Source of the DNA: Camelus ferus | Taxonomy: Eukaryota | Reading direction: 5' to 3' | Assembly (NCBI RefSeq): GCF_009834535.1 | Contig: NC_045698.1 | Coordinates: 11,720,001 to 11,784,000, forward strand | Length of the DNA stretch: 64,000 nt | Part shown: piece by piece, positions 49,196-63,122 of the stretch | Numbering within the stretch: the stretch's first letter is position 1 | How the letters are laid out: the number at the start of each line of letters is the position of its first letter | The notes under the pieces: generated by a model | The model's database searches: none | The model's input: only the letters and a program-made list of their open reading frames with translations | Told to the model about the DNA's origin: nothing | Program-made: the position numbers and the translations under genes

Positions 49196-49921
49196 CTCCT
49201 GGCCACACCAACAGCTAGCTGGTCCTGCCAGGCCAGCTCTCAGCGAGACGGGGTTGCTTTTCTCTTTCTCAGAGGTATACATCTAGCTGCAAGAATTCTG
49301 GAGCCCAGTATTGAAAAGGGGACAGGAGATTGAACTGTTCCCATAAAGTATGTCATGTTTCATTAAATGCCCTTGTTTTCAGTGTCCCCACCATCAGCCA
49401 GAAATTCCCAAGCCTGAATTTCCTGTTTCAAATTCTTCATAGAATAATCCTCAAGTCTTCTGCCAGGTAGGAGGAGCTGGAATCAGGATTAAAATGGAAG
49501 AAGAAAAGAGACCTGGGGGTAACTGCTTCTAACATATAAGTACTTGTAGACAATCTATCTGTCTTCAGTCCCACGCAAACCCCATTTTCAGAGGTATGCA
49601 GTACTTTCCATTTCCAAAAAAGTCCATTTCTGGACTTTGGTGATAAAACCTGACTTGGCTTTCCGTCTCCGACTTATATTTCAATTTCTTCTGCACTGCT
49701 AATTCAGTTACCACTTGCTCATTTCCTTTCTAGTTCCCAAAATTATGTTGCTATTCCCTTTACGCCTATTCTTTTTATCCTCTGAGCTTTTTGCCTTTTC
49801 AAAAGCTCTATAGTTGTCATCTTAGTAAGGTTTTGGAAGGGCAGAATTGTTTGCACATGTGTAATCAAGTCTACATATTTAACTGAAAGTCTCTCTTATT
49901 TATTTCCTTCCCCATTTAAAA

Positions 49922-50007
49922 AATTATTTTTTATTCAGGTATAGTTGATTCATAATGTGGTGTTAGTTTCAGGTGCTCAGCAAAGTGATTCAGTTACCCA
50001 AATACAT

Positions 50008-50041
<34 letters not shown>

Positions 50042-50422
50042 TCTTATTAATATTTTTCCATGATATGTTATTACAAGATATTTAATATAATTCCTTGTGC
50101 TACACAGTAGGTCCTTGTTGTTTATCTATTTTATATATAGTAGTACATATATGTTAATCCCAAATTCCCAATTTTCCTAATTTATCCCCTCTCCCCTTTT
50201 CTTCTTTGGTAACTATAGTTTGTTTCCTATGTGTGGGAGTCTATTTCTGGTTTTTAAATAAGTTCATTTGTACCATTTTATTAGATTCCATAAATAAGTG
50301 ATATCATATGATATTTGTCTTTCTCTGTCTGACTTACTTCACTTAATATGACAATCTCTAGGTCCATCCATGTTGCTACCAATGGCATTATTTCATTCTT
50401 TTTTATGACTGAGTAGTATTCC

Positions 50423-50481
<59 letters not shown>

Positions 50482-50736
50482 ATGCGCACGTGTGTGTGTA
50501 CCACAGCTTCTTTATCCAGTCATCTGTTGATAACATTTAGGTTGCTTCCATGTCTTGGCTATTGTAAATAGTGCTGCTATGAACATAGAGGCTCATGTAT
50601 TTTTTGAAATAGAATTTTCTCCAGATATATGCCCAGAAGTGGGATTGCTGGATCATGTGGTAAGTCTGGTTTTAGTTTTTTTAAGGAACCTCCATACTGT
50701 TCTCCATAGTGGCTGCACCAATTTACATTCCCACCA
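49922..50736 (-). mobile_element. L1 3' region with internal (CA)n (about 50007-50032) and (TG)n (50425-50480)
   Basis: ctaggtccatccatgttgc, ttggctattgtaaatagtgctgctatgaacat, gggattgctggatca, ggctgcaccaatttacattcccaccaa. Reverse translation WWECKLVQPLWRTVWRFLKK is the L1 ORF2 C-terminus. Confidence 0.93.
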
Positions 50737-51289
50737 ATATTGCCCTTTTCCCAACCTAGTAATAGTATGTATCAGATACCTAATTCCTAACTGAACAGGT
50801 GTTTCAAGGACACAGTGATTCCTGCTTCTCCAGAAACTGCATCTGTCATGATGGTGAAGCCCCAACAGCAGCATCCATGCCATGGGTTCCCCTGGCTCTG
50901 GACAATGAACTCAAGCTGGACGAGTCAGATGATCTGACCTTGGAGTCTGGACTTTGCAGATGAGAGAATCAGGATTTATCAGTAACCAAGGCAAATAAAT
51001 GGCAGCACTTCAGAGGAAAGGCCCTGACATTGCATTGCAGAGGACCCCAGAGCTACCATGGTCCTCGTACAGGGAAAGGTCCAGTGGGTCAGCTCTTTTT
51101 TTGTGTTCCATGAGATACTACCATACACCACATATGTTCTATGAGTTCTTCCTTTTTTTTTTTTTTTTTTGCTTAGACTAGTTCTTGATCACTGTAATTT
51201 CACTCAAAATAACCTAAAAGAGTGAAATGCACTCTCAAAAGTGCTGCTGTCAGTTGCCATGAAAGAGCAGGGTTATTGAGCTGCTGTTG

Positions 51290-51475
51290 TAAGAACCAAA
51301 TATGTCCATCTCTTCCCACCCTCATGTTCAGTTACTTCACATTGATAGCCTGGGCCGGCCAGGGAGGGAGTGTTTAGACCACAAGAACTGATAAATGTTA
51401 CAATTCAGGGATTTGGGGTTCCCTCCCTTCTCCCAACAAGAGACTGCGTTTAAACATTTAACAGCACACCACTGA
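51290..51475 (-). mobile_element. hAT DNA transposon fragment (MER63-like)
   Basis: Terminal aaacatttaacagcacaccactg (reverse complement CAGTGGTGTGCTG...). Confidence 0.5.
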
Positions 51476-53499
51476 TTGAAATTCTAGTTGTGAGTTTCCC
51501 TGGTTCCTCTAGTTGTGAATTTTCCTAAAGTTCATGTAACATTCTGCTTCTCTTTCTTCTCAGAGATGTTGTTAAGGTTTAAACAAGGTAAAGGAAACAA
51601 AGATTTTAAACGATTCAAGTATTCAGTAACTTTTGATAATATAAATCAGACAATTTCAATTAATAGCATTGATTACTAATAACTTGTTTAAGGAGTAAAT
51701 ACTTTGTGAGAACAGGATGTACACTGGACATTTATAATCTTGACTGGCTTATTCATAACTTGAGGAAATAAAGATAATAAAATAACATTCTGATTATATT
51801 ATAAAAATAAGTGAGTAAATTCTCCACTCATTTCCTTTAGCAAACGCAACAAACCCCAGCCACATAGAGGGAGAAAACTAAGTTTGCTTAGTTTTGCTGC
51901 CTTTTACTGCCCTCCCTCCTCTTTTAGATGCTAGGAAATTTTAAGAACTTTTCTCTGAAAGATTAAAAGAATCATCTAGTCTGAAGGTGAAAAAATCAAC
52001 TGTCAGTATAAGCCATTATTTCTTTATACTTGTGTAGGAATATATTTTACAAAGTGAATCTATATCCCTTATCTTGTTCAATTTTATTAACATCTATTTT
52101 TATTTTTGAGTCCCAATACAACTCTCACCTTGCCTTCTTTCCTTTACTTACTATAAAATAGAGGTTCTCAGATAAAGTATGGGCTGAATTTCAATTTCGA
52201 GCGCAGAGGAAAGATGCACAACTCCTACATTTAGATCTGTATCTTGGGCTTTGTGCTCTGTGCTCTGAACACTTGAATTACCATCAACTCGGTGTCCCTC
52301 ACTGAAGATAGATGTTGAATCAGGACAGAGTGGATATTTATCATTGCAAAAAAATATGCATAAGGTAAGCAATTCGGATAGCTTTAGAAAACAGCCACCA
52401 AACAGGTGTTCCTGTTATTTACAGGGTGCTTTTGAGAACATAAAAGAAGGGACAGCCTTTGTCCACTGGGACTGCAGTTGAAGGACAAAACAGGAAATAG
52501 ACCAACTAAGCAAGTCAGAAATATGAGTCAGAAGGAAAGCGGGCTTCATGGATGAGATATTACTGACTTTCCATCTCATTTCTCTTCTTCCATGAGTCAT
52601 CTCGCCTGTCTTCTCCACCAAGGGGGAGAATTTTACTAGGGGATTAGATTCAAAAGATTTGGTGAAACATAATTCTGAAAGCAAATTTGTAAGAGAGGGA
52701 TTCTGCTGAGAAAAGCCTAAGAGGAATATGCTTTTCACACATAAGAAGCAGCCTAAAAAATGTATCGGGTGATGGGGAATGTCAAGGCCTGGAGAGAATG
52801 ATGAAAAGACTGTATATGTACAAAGGAAAAATGAAATTTGCCAAAAACAAAGGAAGGAAGGGATTCATTTCACAGGCAGTTACTTCACGTAACAGAGTAT
52901 TACGTGTTTATTTGCCAACAATTCAGAATTATATAGCTCTCACGATCCACATTTTCACTTCCACACAAGAATAAAAATTGCAAAGGGAGCCAGAGGCAGA
53001 AAGTGATCTTCTTCAACTTTTACCCTTAAAGGTAATTTCCCCCAACCCCGTTTCAGGTGCCAAATAAATGCTTGCCCACCAAGCCTCCTCCTAGCTCTGT
53101 TATCTTTAAACTTTATCTCTGATTTAGAATGCAAAGCTTTGCTTAGGTAAAGGAATTTCGGGCATCACTGAGCAGTCAAAGAAAGTGTTTTTGCCCAACC
53201 TCGTGGAGCCAATTACATATGATCACTGGTGTATTTCATTTATTTTTAATTATCTTTTAACTCTTGAGGCAAGCAAAAATATATAACTTGACAATGCTGA
53301 TAACTTATTGGGGATGAGTATGTGAAATGCTCAAGATGATAAAAGAATAAGCATGTTGCAAAACTGGATAATTTCATGGCCATTGGCAGAGCTGAGGGCT
53401 GGCTATAGAAGATCTTCTCAACAAAAGAAAAGACAGATCTCTGCAATTTGGTGATCCTTGGAAACCTCCACAAATACAATCATGACAATTTCTTCCACC

Positions 53500-54225
53500 C
53501 TACATTTACTCACTCATTCAACAAACATTTACCTAGCAGCTACTCTGTGTCACGCCGCCACGTTCACACTGTATGAGCAGAAACGTTGCCTCCTCTAGAG
53601 GATCTCACATTACAGGTAAAGGGAGGAAAACAGGCAAACAAATACACAAGAAAAATGTCAGAGGGTGACCAGATGCTCTAGAGGTTCCTCCAAGAAGGTA
53701 ATATGTGCATTAAGCCAATATGCTTGGCAATAGGAAGCAAGCAAGCGAAGATCTGGGAGGAAGAACGTTCCAAGCAGTGGGAGTGGGTGTCTAGCGTGGC
53801 AGGGGCAGACGTGGCTGGAATGTGGGGGTGAGCGGGGTGGGTGTGAGGCGAAAGTGGAAATGTGAATAGAGGCTCATCATAGAAATTGGGCATTGTGACG
53901 GGAAGAGAGATTGGATTTTGCCCTGATTACTCTGGAAAGCCTTTGTAGGGCTCTACAAAGGGCAGCGATGAGATCAGATTTAAGTTGTTAAAAATCACAC
54001 TGGCTGCTGTGCACAGGCTGGATCTCAAGGTATCAAGAGTGAAAGTAGAGAAATAAATTAAGAAACAATCATGATCACTTAAATGAAAGCTGACAATGGC
54101 TTAGATGAGGTTAACAGGAATAGAAACAGTCGAAGGGGACAGGACACATCTTAGAAGGACCCTCAAGGAGAGCTGCTTATGAATTGGATAGGGACACGTG
54201 GAAGGAAAGAAACAATTCATGAATT
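53500..54225 (+). mobile_element. L2 LINE
   Basis: cattcaacaaacatttac...gatctgggaggaagaacgttccaagcag...gatcagattt...aaaatcacactggctgctgtg. Confidence 0.75.
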
Positions 54226-54227
54226 TT

Positions 54228-54480
54228 CTGCAGTGGGCAGCTAGCGAGCCTTGACCTTCCTTGGCGTGTAGCTGCATCACTCTGCTTTCTGCCTCTGTCT
54301 TCACAAGCCTGTCTTCACTCTGTGTGTCTGTGTCCCCTTCTCTTTCTGACGACACCAGTCATGGGATTTAGGTGTCACCCTAATCCAGTACAACCTCATC
54401 TTAACTTGATTACGCCTGCAAGAACCCTATTTCCTCTGGGTGGACAAGAATTTTAGGAGACACTACACAATCCAGTACAG
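54228..54480 (-). mobile_element. MLT1 LTR fragment
   Basis: ccttggcgtgtagctgcatcactc...accagtcatgggatttagg...cctcatcttaacttgattac. Confidence 0.75.
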
Positions 54481-54677
54481 CAGCCAGGGGTCTGCACAGC
54501 TCTCCTCAAGGGATTGCTCTCTCTTAGGGAAACAGAGTCATGTAGCAAAGGCTCACCCCAGGCTCATGAGGCTCGTGTGGTGATCGGAGCATTAGCAAGA
54601 GGTGAGTAGAGGAGAAATGGAACACACTAATAGCAGATTATATCTCAACTTTGTAGGTAACAGGCAGCATCAGCAAG

Positions 54678-55058
54678 TGTTATGGCTTAAATTGTGTCCC
54701 CCAAATTCACATGTTAAGGCCTTACCTCCCGATGTGAGTGTTTGGAGATTGGGTCTTTATGGAGGTAATTAAGGTTGAATGAGGTCATAAGGATGGGGCC
54801 TTATCCACTAGAATTGATGCCCTTAAAAGAAGAGGAAGAAACTCCAGCAGTCTCTCTCCACACTCATACAGAGGAAAGGCCATGTGAGGCCACAGGGAGA
54901 AGGTGGCCACCTACAAATCAGGAGGAGAGCTCACCCCAGATACCAACCCTGACCACACTTTGATCTGGAACTTCCAGCCTCCAGAACTGTGAGAAAATAA
55001 ATATGTGCTGTTTAAATGCCCCAATCTGTAGTGTTTTGTAGCCCTAGGAAACCAGGAC
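54678..55058 (+). mobile_element. MaLR solo LTR (MLT1A/B-like)
   Basis: tgttatggcttaaattgtgtcccccaaattcacatgtt ... ttccagcctccagaactgtgagaaaataaa...gtttaaatgcc. Confidence 0.88.
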
Positions 55059-55749
55059 AGCAAGTCTTCATTTCAGGAACAATAAATAGGAGCCAAATAC
55101 CCCACAGACATCAAGGAGAGGTGAGGGAAGATCAAGGTATGGTCTGTCCTGGAGACACACGTCTCTTAAATCTTCCTGACAGAGTTTCTGATTTGATTAT
55201 AAAGAGCTTTCATTAAACAAATACTTATGGCATGCTTACTATGTACAAGTCATTAGTTGCATTGCTAAATTTCAGACACTTGCTAAGATCTAGTGGACGT
55301 TAGTGGACCTGGGTCTGAAGCCAAAGAGCGAGTGGCTTTGTTGAGTCACTACGTGCTTCTCCCTTCCTCTACAGTAAATGGAAATAACATCACCTTCTGG
55401 TGTCCTGAGTGCAAAGAGGGGAGAACGAAACCCGTGCTGTGAAAGTAATAGGATATTAACTATTTCTTGATATTGGGGAAAACATATTTTTTTAAAAAAA
55501 ACTAGTAACCATATTCTAGACACTATAGGCATTGTTTCTATGTCATCTCTAGCAAGAAGAACTAAAATTATTTCATCCTCTTCCTTAAGTTTTCTACTTC
55601 TTCCTTCATGCTCTAGTCCAAGCCATTTTCCATTTAATTACTACATGGGGAATCATTTTGACCCTTGATAACAAGTTTAGAAGCTTCTTGCAATCTGATT
55701 TCACAGTTTATATTTACTCTAAGCTCTTCTTGGATGGGCTCCCTGGAAG

Positions 55750-56330
55750 AGCATACAAACAGAAACCAAGGGGTCACTTTGAAGGTCTGATCTGGTTTAA
55801 CATCTTTATTGACAACCTGGAAGAATGTGAAATTGTCACTGTAATGAAATCTGATTCTAAATTGGGAGTTGTCACAGTGGCAGAGGAATAAATTGAGGAG
55901 AAAACCACAGAGTAACTGAAATTCAACTTGGCAAGTTACAACCGAATATATCTGAGAACTGAAAAAGAATCCAAAACATGAACTGTCAATGGATGAGTGA
56001 AGTCAGTCAAATACTAATGTCCTAAAAGACCCGAGGGTAATGGCGAAGTTAATCATGCACGTGCGAACTCAGATGGGCTGGGAAATGATCGATGCAGTTT
56101 TGTACAGCAAATAAGGAGGCAGCGAAAGGAAGGAAAATGGAGAGGACTGGTAGATGGCATCTAGAACTTGATACTGTATTGGATGTGTTACCACTCGGAA
56201 GCTTCTCTCAATCACAGACACGCTGAAGACATATATCAAAGGAAGAGTGGAAGGAGAGGACTGACGTTGGAAAAAGCAAGTTGAATGGCGGATGAAAGCA
56301 GATAAATACCAAGTGGCTGCATTCCAAATT
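55750..56330 (+). mobile_element. CR1/L3 LINE reverse-transcriptase fossil
   Basis: Translation ..GLIWFNIFIDNLEECEIVTVMKSDSKLG.. resembles the CR1 RT motif LFNIFINDL...KFADDTKLG. Confidence 0.6.
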
Positions 56331-56364
56331 ATTCAACGTTACAGAAAGTGGTGTGCTTAGTAAG

Positions 56365-56605
56365 TAAGAATTTCAAAACCAGACTATTTCTGAGTCTCTC
56401 ATTCAGCCTCTTGTGTATTTCGCCTTAAGAGCTGAGAATCTCTCAAAGCCTCAGTTTCTCAGTCTGAAAAAATGAAACAGTAAGAATACTTGATTCTTAG
56501 GGTTGTTTGAAGAGTGAAAGAGATAGTGCGTGTAAGAAATTAGTACAATCCCCAATACACAAGTGTTCAGTAAGTGCTAACCACAATAAGTGACAATATT
56601 AATAA
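56365..56605 (+). mobile_element. MIR SINE
   Basis: tctcaaagcctcagtttctcagtctgaaaaaatgaa...agggttgtttgaagagtgaaagagata. Confidence 0.75.
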
Positions 56606-59600
56606 TGACCTACACATCATTAGGTTCCTTTACATTAACGTACGTATATTTTGTCACACATTTTTACCCTTTTAGTGATGATTTTCACACGGGAATTTTT
56701 CTAGACATGACAGTCAACTTAGAGTTTCCACCCAACAATTCGATAGCCACTACGCCAGCACAGTATTCATTTTAAGTAGTTCACTGTCCCCCATCACTTT
56801 CTCCAGCGCCTAATTCTACCATCTGTCCTCCCATATCTTCTTAATCAGAATGGCCCTAATAGCAGTCCTGGATCTCGTGATTTTTTTTAAACTAAGAGAA
56901 CATGGAATGAGAGCCAGATGGTAAATTTGAGCATAACTAGGACAATCACTTTATTTAGCTACAAAAACAAACAAAATTAAACAGTTGTTTCTCCTTTCTA
57001 TCCGTTGGTTTCCCTGGCCAGATAAGTCCTTGAACTTTTTTAGATGACAAAAGTTTCCATCCGCTCACCAAGTACAGCATGTCCTTTCAAACTACGGGAT
57101 ATCAAAGAAAGAGCGTATTTTGGTTGTGCCATTTTTAAAAGTCCCAGTCGTTGTGTGGCTGTTTTTTATTACCTGTGTCAGGTCTTTTCTCTGATTTTTT
57201 TAAGCTGAAGGGCAAAGGGAGACATTATTATTAAAAAGGTAAATATTTGAAGGGAATTGCAATGTGAACTAAGGGAAACAGAGACGGACAAACTGTGATG
57301 ACCCCACTGGCTCAGGAAAATTATGTAAATGACCAGATTAAAGAGCTTCTTCCTTGTTGAAGTTTGCAAACTTCACTGCTTCCCAGAGACACGAAGATAA
57401 TGAAGTGTGTTCCCATAAAGGGCCTTTTCTGAGGTTAGAGTCTGACCTACCCCCTTGTTATCCAGATCCTACTGTGTTAATTAACCAGAGCAAATTCCTT
57501 TTTCCCTTGCAAACTTGTGCTCCAATGGCTTGATCAATCTGATAACACTAAAACAAGAACCATTCTAGTCCCAAAGATTTTATTCTGGGAAAAGAAATGA
57601 ATGACATGAAACTTTCACATACTAGCCCAGACATGTCAATTTCTTTTTTCCAAATTGTACATTTTTCAAGGAGTTTGTAAAAATGATCCAGCAGATTCTG
57701 GCAGAGATATTACTTTAAGGTAATAGATCCATCATCTCAAACTTTTCTGTGTCATCTTGGATTTTAATGCCATTGAAATAGGCTTTTAGGCTATTTCCAC
57801 TGAGGCACCAAACTAAATTTAATAAATAATTATTAAGAAGCTTGTGGAGGGGGGTTCACTTGATTAGTTTGTCAAACGTCTCCCTTCTTCCCTTAACACA
57901 GTATCTTCACATTACCCCTGAGACAACATATTTTCACATTTACAATACTTTTTTCAGACATTTATTTTTGCCTGAAAGAAATTTTTCCTCAAGAAATGGA
58001 AGTGGTACTCTCCTTTTCTGTAAATATAAACATTAAAAAAATACCATATTCTACTTTGGAATTCAGTCACATTAACAACACTATTGTTTAGGGAAATATT
58101 TTTCCCAACACAAAACTTGCTAATATATTCCAGATGTGTATCCATTAACCATCCAGTTTTTGGCCTGCAACTGAGAGGTGGCTTGTCTTAGTTCTGTTTG
58201 AGATGAATGTTTTCCCAGCTTACTGAAACAGAAATGACAGAACGTCAATTTGCTTTTTACTTGTACGCTATGTGTAACAATCAAATAAGCCATGACACAA
58301 GGCATATTGAATTCTTCTCAGCTTGGGACATGCAGGTCACATGTCTCCCTGTTTGAGGCACAGTGATGTGGAACAAAAGATTGGATCCCTCAGGTGGTTT
58401 GATAAAGTACCCCACCTGCTCGCCAGGTGTGGCGAGCACCGTATTTTGGTTAGTTGTTTTATGTCAATCTGGCTTCAGTTTGGGGTAAATAAGATTTCTC
58501 TGAGAACTTGTCTGCATTAACTAGTAGTTTCTTTGGGCTGAGGAAAGCAATCACAAAGAGAACGAAAATGTATTTTTCCCTTACACGTGGTATTTTTCTG
58601 AGGTGCATGTTTCTTTTTTTTTTTTTTACAAGTGTTTCGGCTAGATAAAACTAATTGTTGATTTTTCCTATATAGATTTTGTTGAAAAATATTTTGTTCT
58701 TCAAGTATCATTTAGACTTCCTTTTGTGGAAAAACAAAACAAAAAGCTGTTTACTTGGAAGAAGAGAAGAGTCTTCTTGTAGCACCTCGGCTTTGCTTCT
58801 GTCTCCATCAATGACCGGCATGATTGCATGCTCTCATCAGCATTAAGGAGATAAGGTCTCCCAACATCTGCCTCTGGATCATCTTGTCTGGGACAGTTTG
58901 GAACATTTACGAACTTCAGTCTGTACCAATACATGTTATTATGCCTCATATGATTGAATCATACATTTTCTGCTCCGTCAAGGTTATCCAGATATCTGGA
59001 GCAAATTCCATTTTGTTGTAAGTAAAAAAGCAAGCTGTCCTACAATTAGATTCAACAGCACAGCATTAAACGTCTGCTACCTTGGGGGTGTTTTTCACTT
59101 TTTAGATTAAAATGCCTGATAAAAACATTTGTGTATTTTCAGTTGCCATTTATTGCCTGTGACTTAGAAGGCTATTCTCCTAAAATGTCTTGGGTTATGG
59201 GAGGGAAAGGTTGGTGACTGTGTCTCGGTTACTTCCTAAAGAAAATGGGTCCTTTATTTATATCACTAAGCCACTTCTGACTCTAAATTGTTCTGCTTGT
59301 AATTGATACATTGTCCTTTAAATGTTTCTACATTGTGAGCACTGTATTGCTTTAAAAACAGTTAAAAAGTACTTATGCACCTGGAATTCTGTTCTATGAG
59401 GAGGGAAATTAAAGAGACAAAAGAACGAGGAAGGAAAAAAGCTAGTCCTCAAAGTGTTTAAAGCTCCAGGGGTGAAAAAAATAGAGTTGAAAAAATAGAA
59501 CACAGTGAAATAAAATGTTTAATAAGTGTTGACATTCAGAGTGTAGAGTTAACTGGACATTTGAGGAAGCCAAAATTGCAGGGAACTGGAGACCCTTTCA

Positions 59601-59619
59601 GGGAAAGGATTCTAGATTT

Positions 59620-59790
59620 TTCAGGATCCCTGAGCCACCTGCATGAGAACCAGGTGCTCTTACCCATGCAGGTTCTGGGGCCCCACGCCATCCTTGCTGA
59701 ATCAGAAGAGCTAAAATGATACCCAGGAATTTGCATATTAACACTTCCCAGGTGATTCGTATGCTCAGCGGAGTCTGAGAGCTGCTTAAA
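59620..59790. mobile_element. MER5A (hAT-Charlie)
   Basis: tgcaggttctggggcccc...ctgaatcagaa...cccaggaatttgcatattaacacttcccaggtgattc. Confidence 0.75.
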
Positions 59791-60016
59791 TATTCAGTCC
59801 GAAGCCCTGAAAAATAACACCAGCCAGACATCTACTTGTCTAGTTGGTCTTTAATTCATCAAATAACATAATCAAATATATGTCTCACTTACCTCTCCCA
59901 GGTATCAAAGTGCTCTGAGGGATAAAATTCTCTGTCATGTAACAGTCCCCTCAATATCTCTCATCTCTCACCTCGACTCCTCCGACAGCCTCCTTGTAGG
60001 CATCTCAGCCCCCTCC

Positions 60017-60707
60017 TGTTACTGAAACTCAGGTCTGGCTGCTCACCTCTCAAATACCAGTACTTGAGAATCTAGTGTTGGTAAAAAGAAAAGTTTGCTT
60101 TAATCTGGAGGCTGGCACTCAGGGGAGAGGGCAGACTCATGTCCAAAGGCCAACTCCTCTCTGCTGATCAGTAGGCAAGAGCTTTTAAAGGGGAGTTTCA
60201 GGTGGGGCCCGGGCAGAGGTAGGGGGCTACATGCGGAACAGCACAGTCAGCCCTGACAGTCACCTTGAGGTCAGCCATGCTAGTGATCTCATCAGTGTCA
60301 TCTTGATTGTTTTAAGTACAGTTAATCTTCAGTCCCAGGGTCAGTTTTTTCCCATTTCTTTGAAGCCAGTTCTGAGAATTGTGGCAGCTTATGTCATGGC
60401 TACAGACTGGTCATCATGTAGTTAACTTTTTCTACCTGGTGAGGGTTTCAGTATCAACTAAACAGCTCAAAAGATGTGGCTCAGAATATTATCTAGAGTC
60501 CTTGAGGAGGAAATAAGGGTCCTTGACTTTGTTTAATAACTAGACTATTATTTTGTTCTGCTTGACTGTTTCCTTTTGCTTCTGTATTTCCTTATTTCTC
60601 TGATTAAACTTATTCTTTGACTAAAGTTTTTCTCCAGAAAAGATGCAGGTGGAGGACTTGGGGTGGGTCTGTCCTGGCAAGGCCCCATGGGGTCCTAGTC
60701 TGTTTCA
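60017..60707 (-). mobile_element. ERV1-class solo LTR inserted into an L2
   Basis: TG...CA termini (tgttactgaa ... tgtttca), flanks ctcc/ctct; L2-like sequence on both sides. Confidence 0.75.
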
Positions 60708-62254
60708 CTCTGGTCCAATTACCCAAAGAGTAGCCAGAAGTTTTTTGAAAAATGAAAATAAGATCTTCTTACTTTCCTGCCTAAAACCCTTCAGCAACTT
60801 TCCAAAACCCTCAGAATAAAATTCAAATATGTCTCCAGGGCTGCCAAGGAACCCAGGACCGAACCTCTGCCCACCTCCCCTCTCCACTCTCATTTCACAC
60901 CATTCTCCCCCTTGATTTCTGCTCATCATTTTCCTGCCACAGATGCCTTCTTTCAGATCTTCAAATACAATAGACCTGTTTCTGCCTGAGGGCTTATGAA
61001 CCTGTAACTGAATGGGCTCTACTTGGGAGGTACAGTCAGAAAGGAGCTTTATTCTTCTCTTACCTCTGTTCCGAAAAGTACTCTATTGAATGGCTCTTAG
61101 CTTTTTGCTCATTTTCTAAATAAAAAGATGTGTTCTCTCCAGCAGTGTGAAGCCAACCCTCTGCTGGGAAACCAGTGCAGATTCCCCAGTAGCCGCACAG
61201 GAGAGGGCAGCGCTCAGCCCCTCATTGCCCACCACCCTTCCGTTCCATCTCCTCCCCAGGAGCTGGCTCCTCTGGTCGGGGACAGTGAGACGGGATTAGT
61301 GGGAAAGCTGCCATGACTGGTTTACCGGCTTGTGTTGTCTTACTTGATTTGTCTCTGCCTTTCAAATGCCCTCTGTCAAGGCTGACACCCAAGTGTCAGC
61401 TCTTCCCTGCAGGGCACACCATACATTCTTCAGAGACACGTCCATCACTGCCTGCCACAGAAGCCTCTGTACAACACTATTCCCTGATGTGAGCATCGCA
61501 TTCTTGGAGAGGTTATGCAGACCTACGTCCCCGGCTCCCCCACTCCAGGCACACCCTTGGGATCTCCTTCATTGGCAGGCAGCCTGTGGGTGGGGGTCAT
61601 CCCAGGCCATGCTGCCTTCCGCAGACCCGGCAGGGCCAGTGGACACTGTCCCACACTGGCGCCCCACCGTGCCCTGGAGCTGCCAGTGTCACCCGGCTGC
61701 CCTTTCCCTCCCTTCATTCTACTGTGGACAATTTCCCCAGCCGGCTTCCTGTCTTCAGACTTTTCCAGCCAAAACTTGGGCAAAAGACTCCTTGTCACTC
61801 AAATCCCAGATTCTCCAAGAACTGCCCCTCACTTTTCTCTGGCAGCAGAGGGTGACCGGTTTCTGAGCTGGCAAGCTCTGAGACAGGAAATAGGATTCCA
61901 GTTTTCTCTTCTTTCGAATACCTCCTTCCCCCTTTAAAAATAAAAAGTGTTCAGTTGCTGCCTCTTGCGCATGACTTAGAGGAAGGATCAGAATGAATTC
62001 CCTCCTACCCGTAGAGAAAGAAAAGGGAAGGACCACTGCATTTTCTTCCCTGCAAATACACTCAGAACACACTGCTCTCTATGCCTCTAGCCAATTTCAT
62101 ATACACGCTGCTTGTGTAAGTGGCACGTCCACCTCCTAGGCAGGCCTGTAGGGGATGTTTCCAGTATTTGTCCTTAGAACTGGGGAGATTTTATCACCTA
62201 CTGCTCTGAGTTTTGAGACTGTAGTCACCCTAAAAACGAAGCCCTATTCCTTAG

Positions 62255-62740
62255 GCTGTTCTGTTCTGATTGTTTTAGTTATCCATTCCTGGGTAACAAA
62301 CTACCCCCAAGAGTAGTAACTTGAAACAACACGTTATTCTTTCTCCCAATTCCGCAGGTTGACTGGCTGCGGTTGGGTGTGTCTTCTCTCCTCTGTCGAC
62401 TGGGTCCCCTCACTTATTTGCATTCAACTGGGTTGAGCTGAAAAGCTGATGCAGTCTTCACTCACAAATCTGGTACCCAGATGTTCCTCCATGGAGCCCC
62501 ACTTTGTAGCTTGGGCTTCCTGATATAATGGCAGTTTCAGAGTAGTTGAACTTTTTAAAAGGCAGCTGGCTTCCAAGAGGGAAAGTAGAGGCCACCGGGC
62601 TTCTTAAAAGATAGGCTGGGAACGGGCATATCTCCATATCTGTCACCGAAGGGAAAAAAGGCTTTGCCTCTGGATAGTAGGAGAGCTGTGCCGCTGTAAG
62701 AAGAAATTGATGGAAGCCATCTTTGGAGACTGTTTATCAT
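62255..62740 (-). mobile_element. MLT1 LTR
   Basis: gggtaacaaactacccc...gcttgggcttcctgatataatggcag...gccatctttggagac. Confidence 0.65.
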
Positions 62741-62744
62741 ACCA

Positions 62745-63122
62745 ACCCCTCTGCCTGGAGTACTCTTTCCAAAGATCTTGACATGACCTCTGGTCTCCTT
62801 CTCTTCATTCAGGTCTCAGCTCAAATGTCATCACTGGCCATCATCACCAAGGCCATCCCCAACCCCACCCACCTCACATAACCTGACAGTCACTCTGAGT
62901 TTACCTTCTTCATTCTACTTCTTGTTTTTTTGTTTCTTGTGTATTGCCATTGTTTATTTTACAATATTCATGATTTATTTGTGTATCATCTCTCCTTAAC
63001 TTCCCACTCCCCACTGGGATGTAAGTTCCCTGACAGAAAGGAACTTGGCTTCCTTATTTTCTGCTGTCTCTTCATTGTCTAGAAAAGAGAAAGGACTCAA
63101 TAACTCTCTATAAATGAATGAA
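62745..63122 (-). mobile_element. L2 3' end
   Basis: tctgcctggagtactctt...caggtctcagctcaaatgtca...ggatgtaagttccctgacag...aaatgaatgaa. Confidence 0.75.

Noticed and set aside
61366..62072. Overlapping 166/140/105-aa ORFs
   Set aside because: No recognisable domain or splice-supported exon structure; moderately GC-rich sequence.
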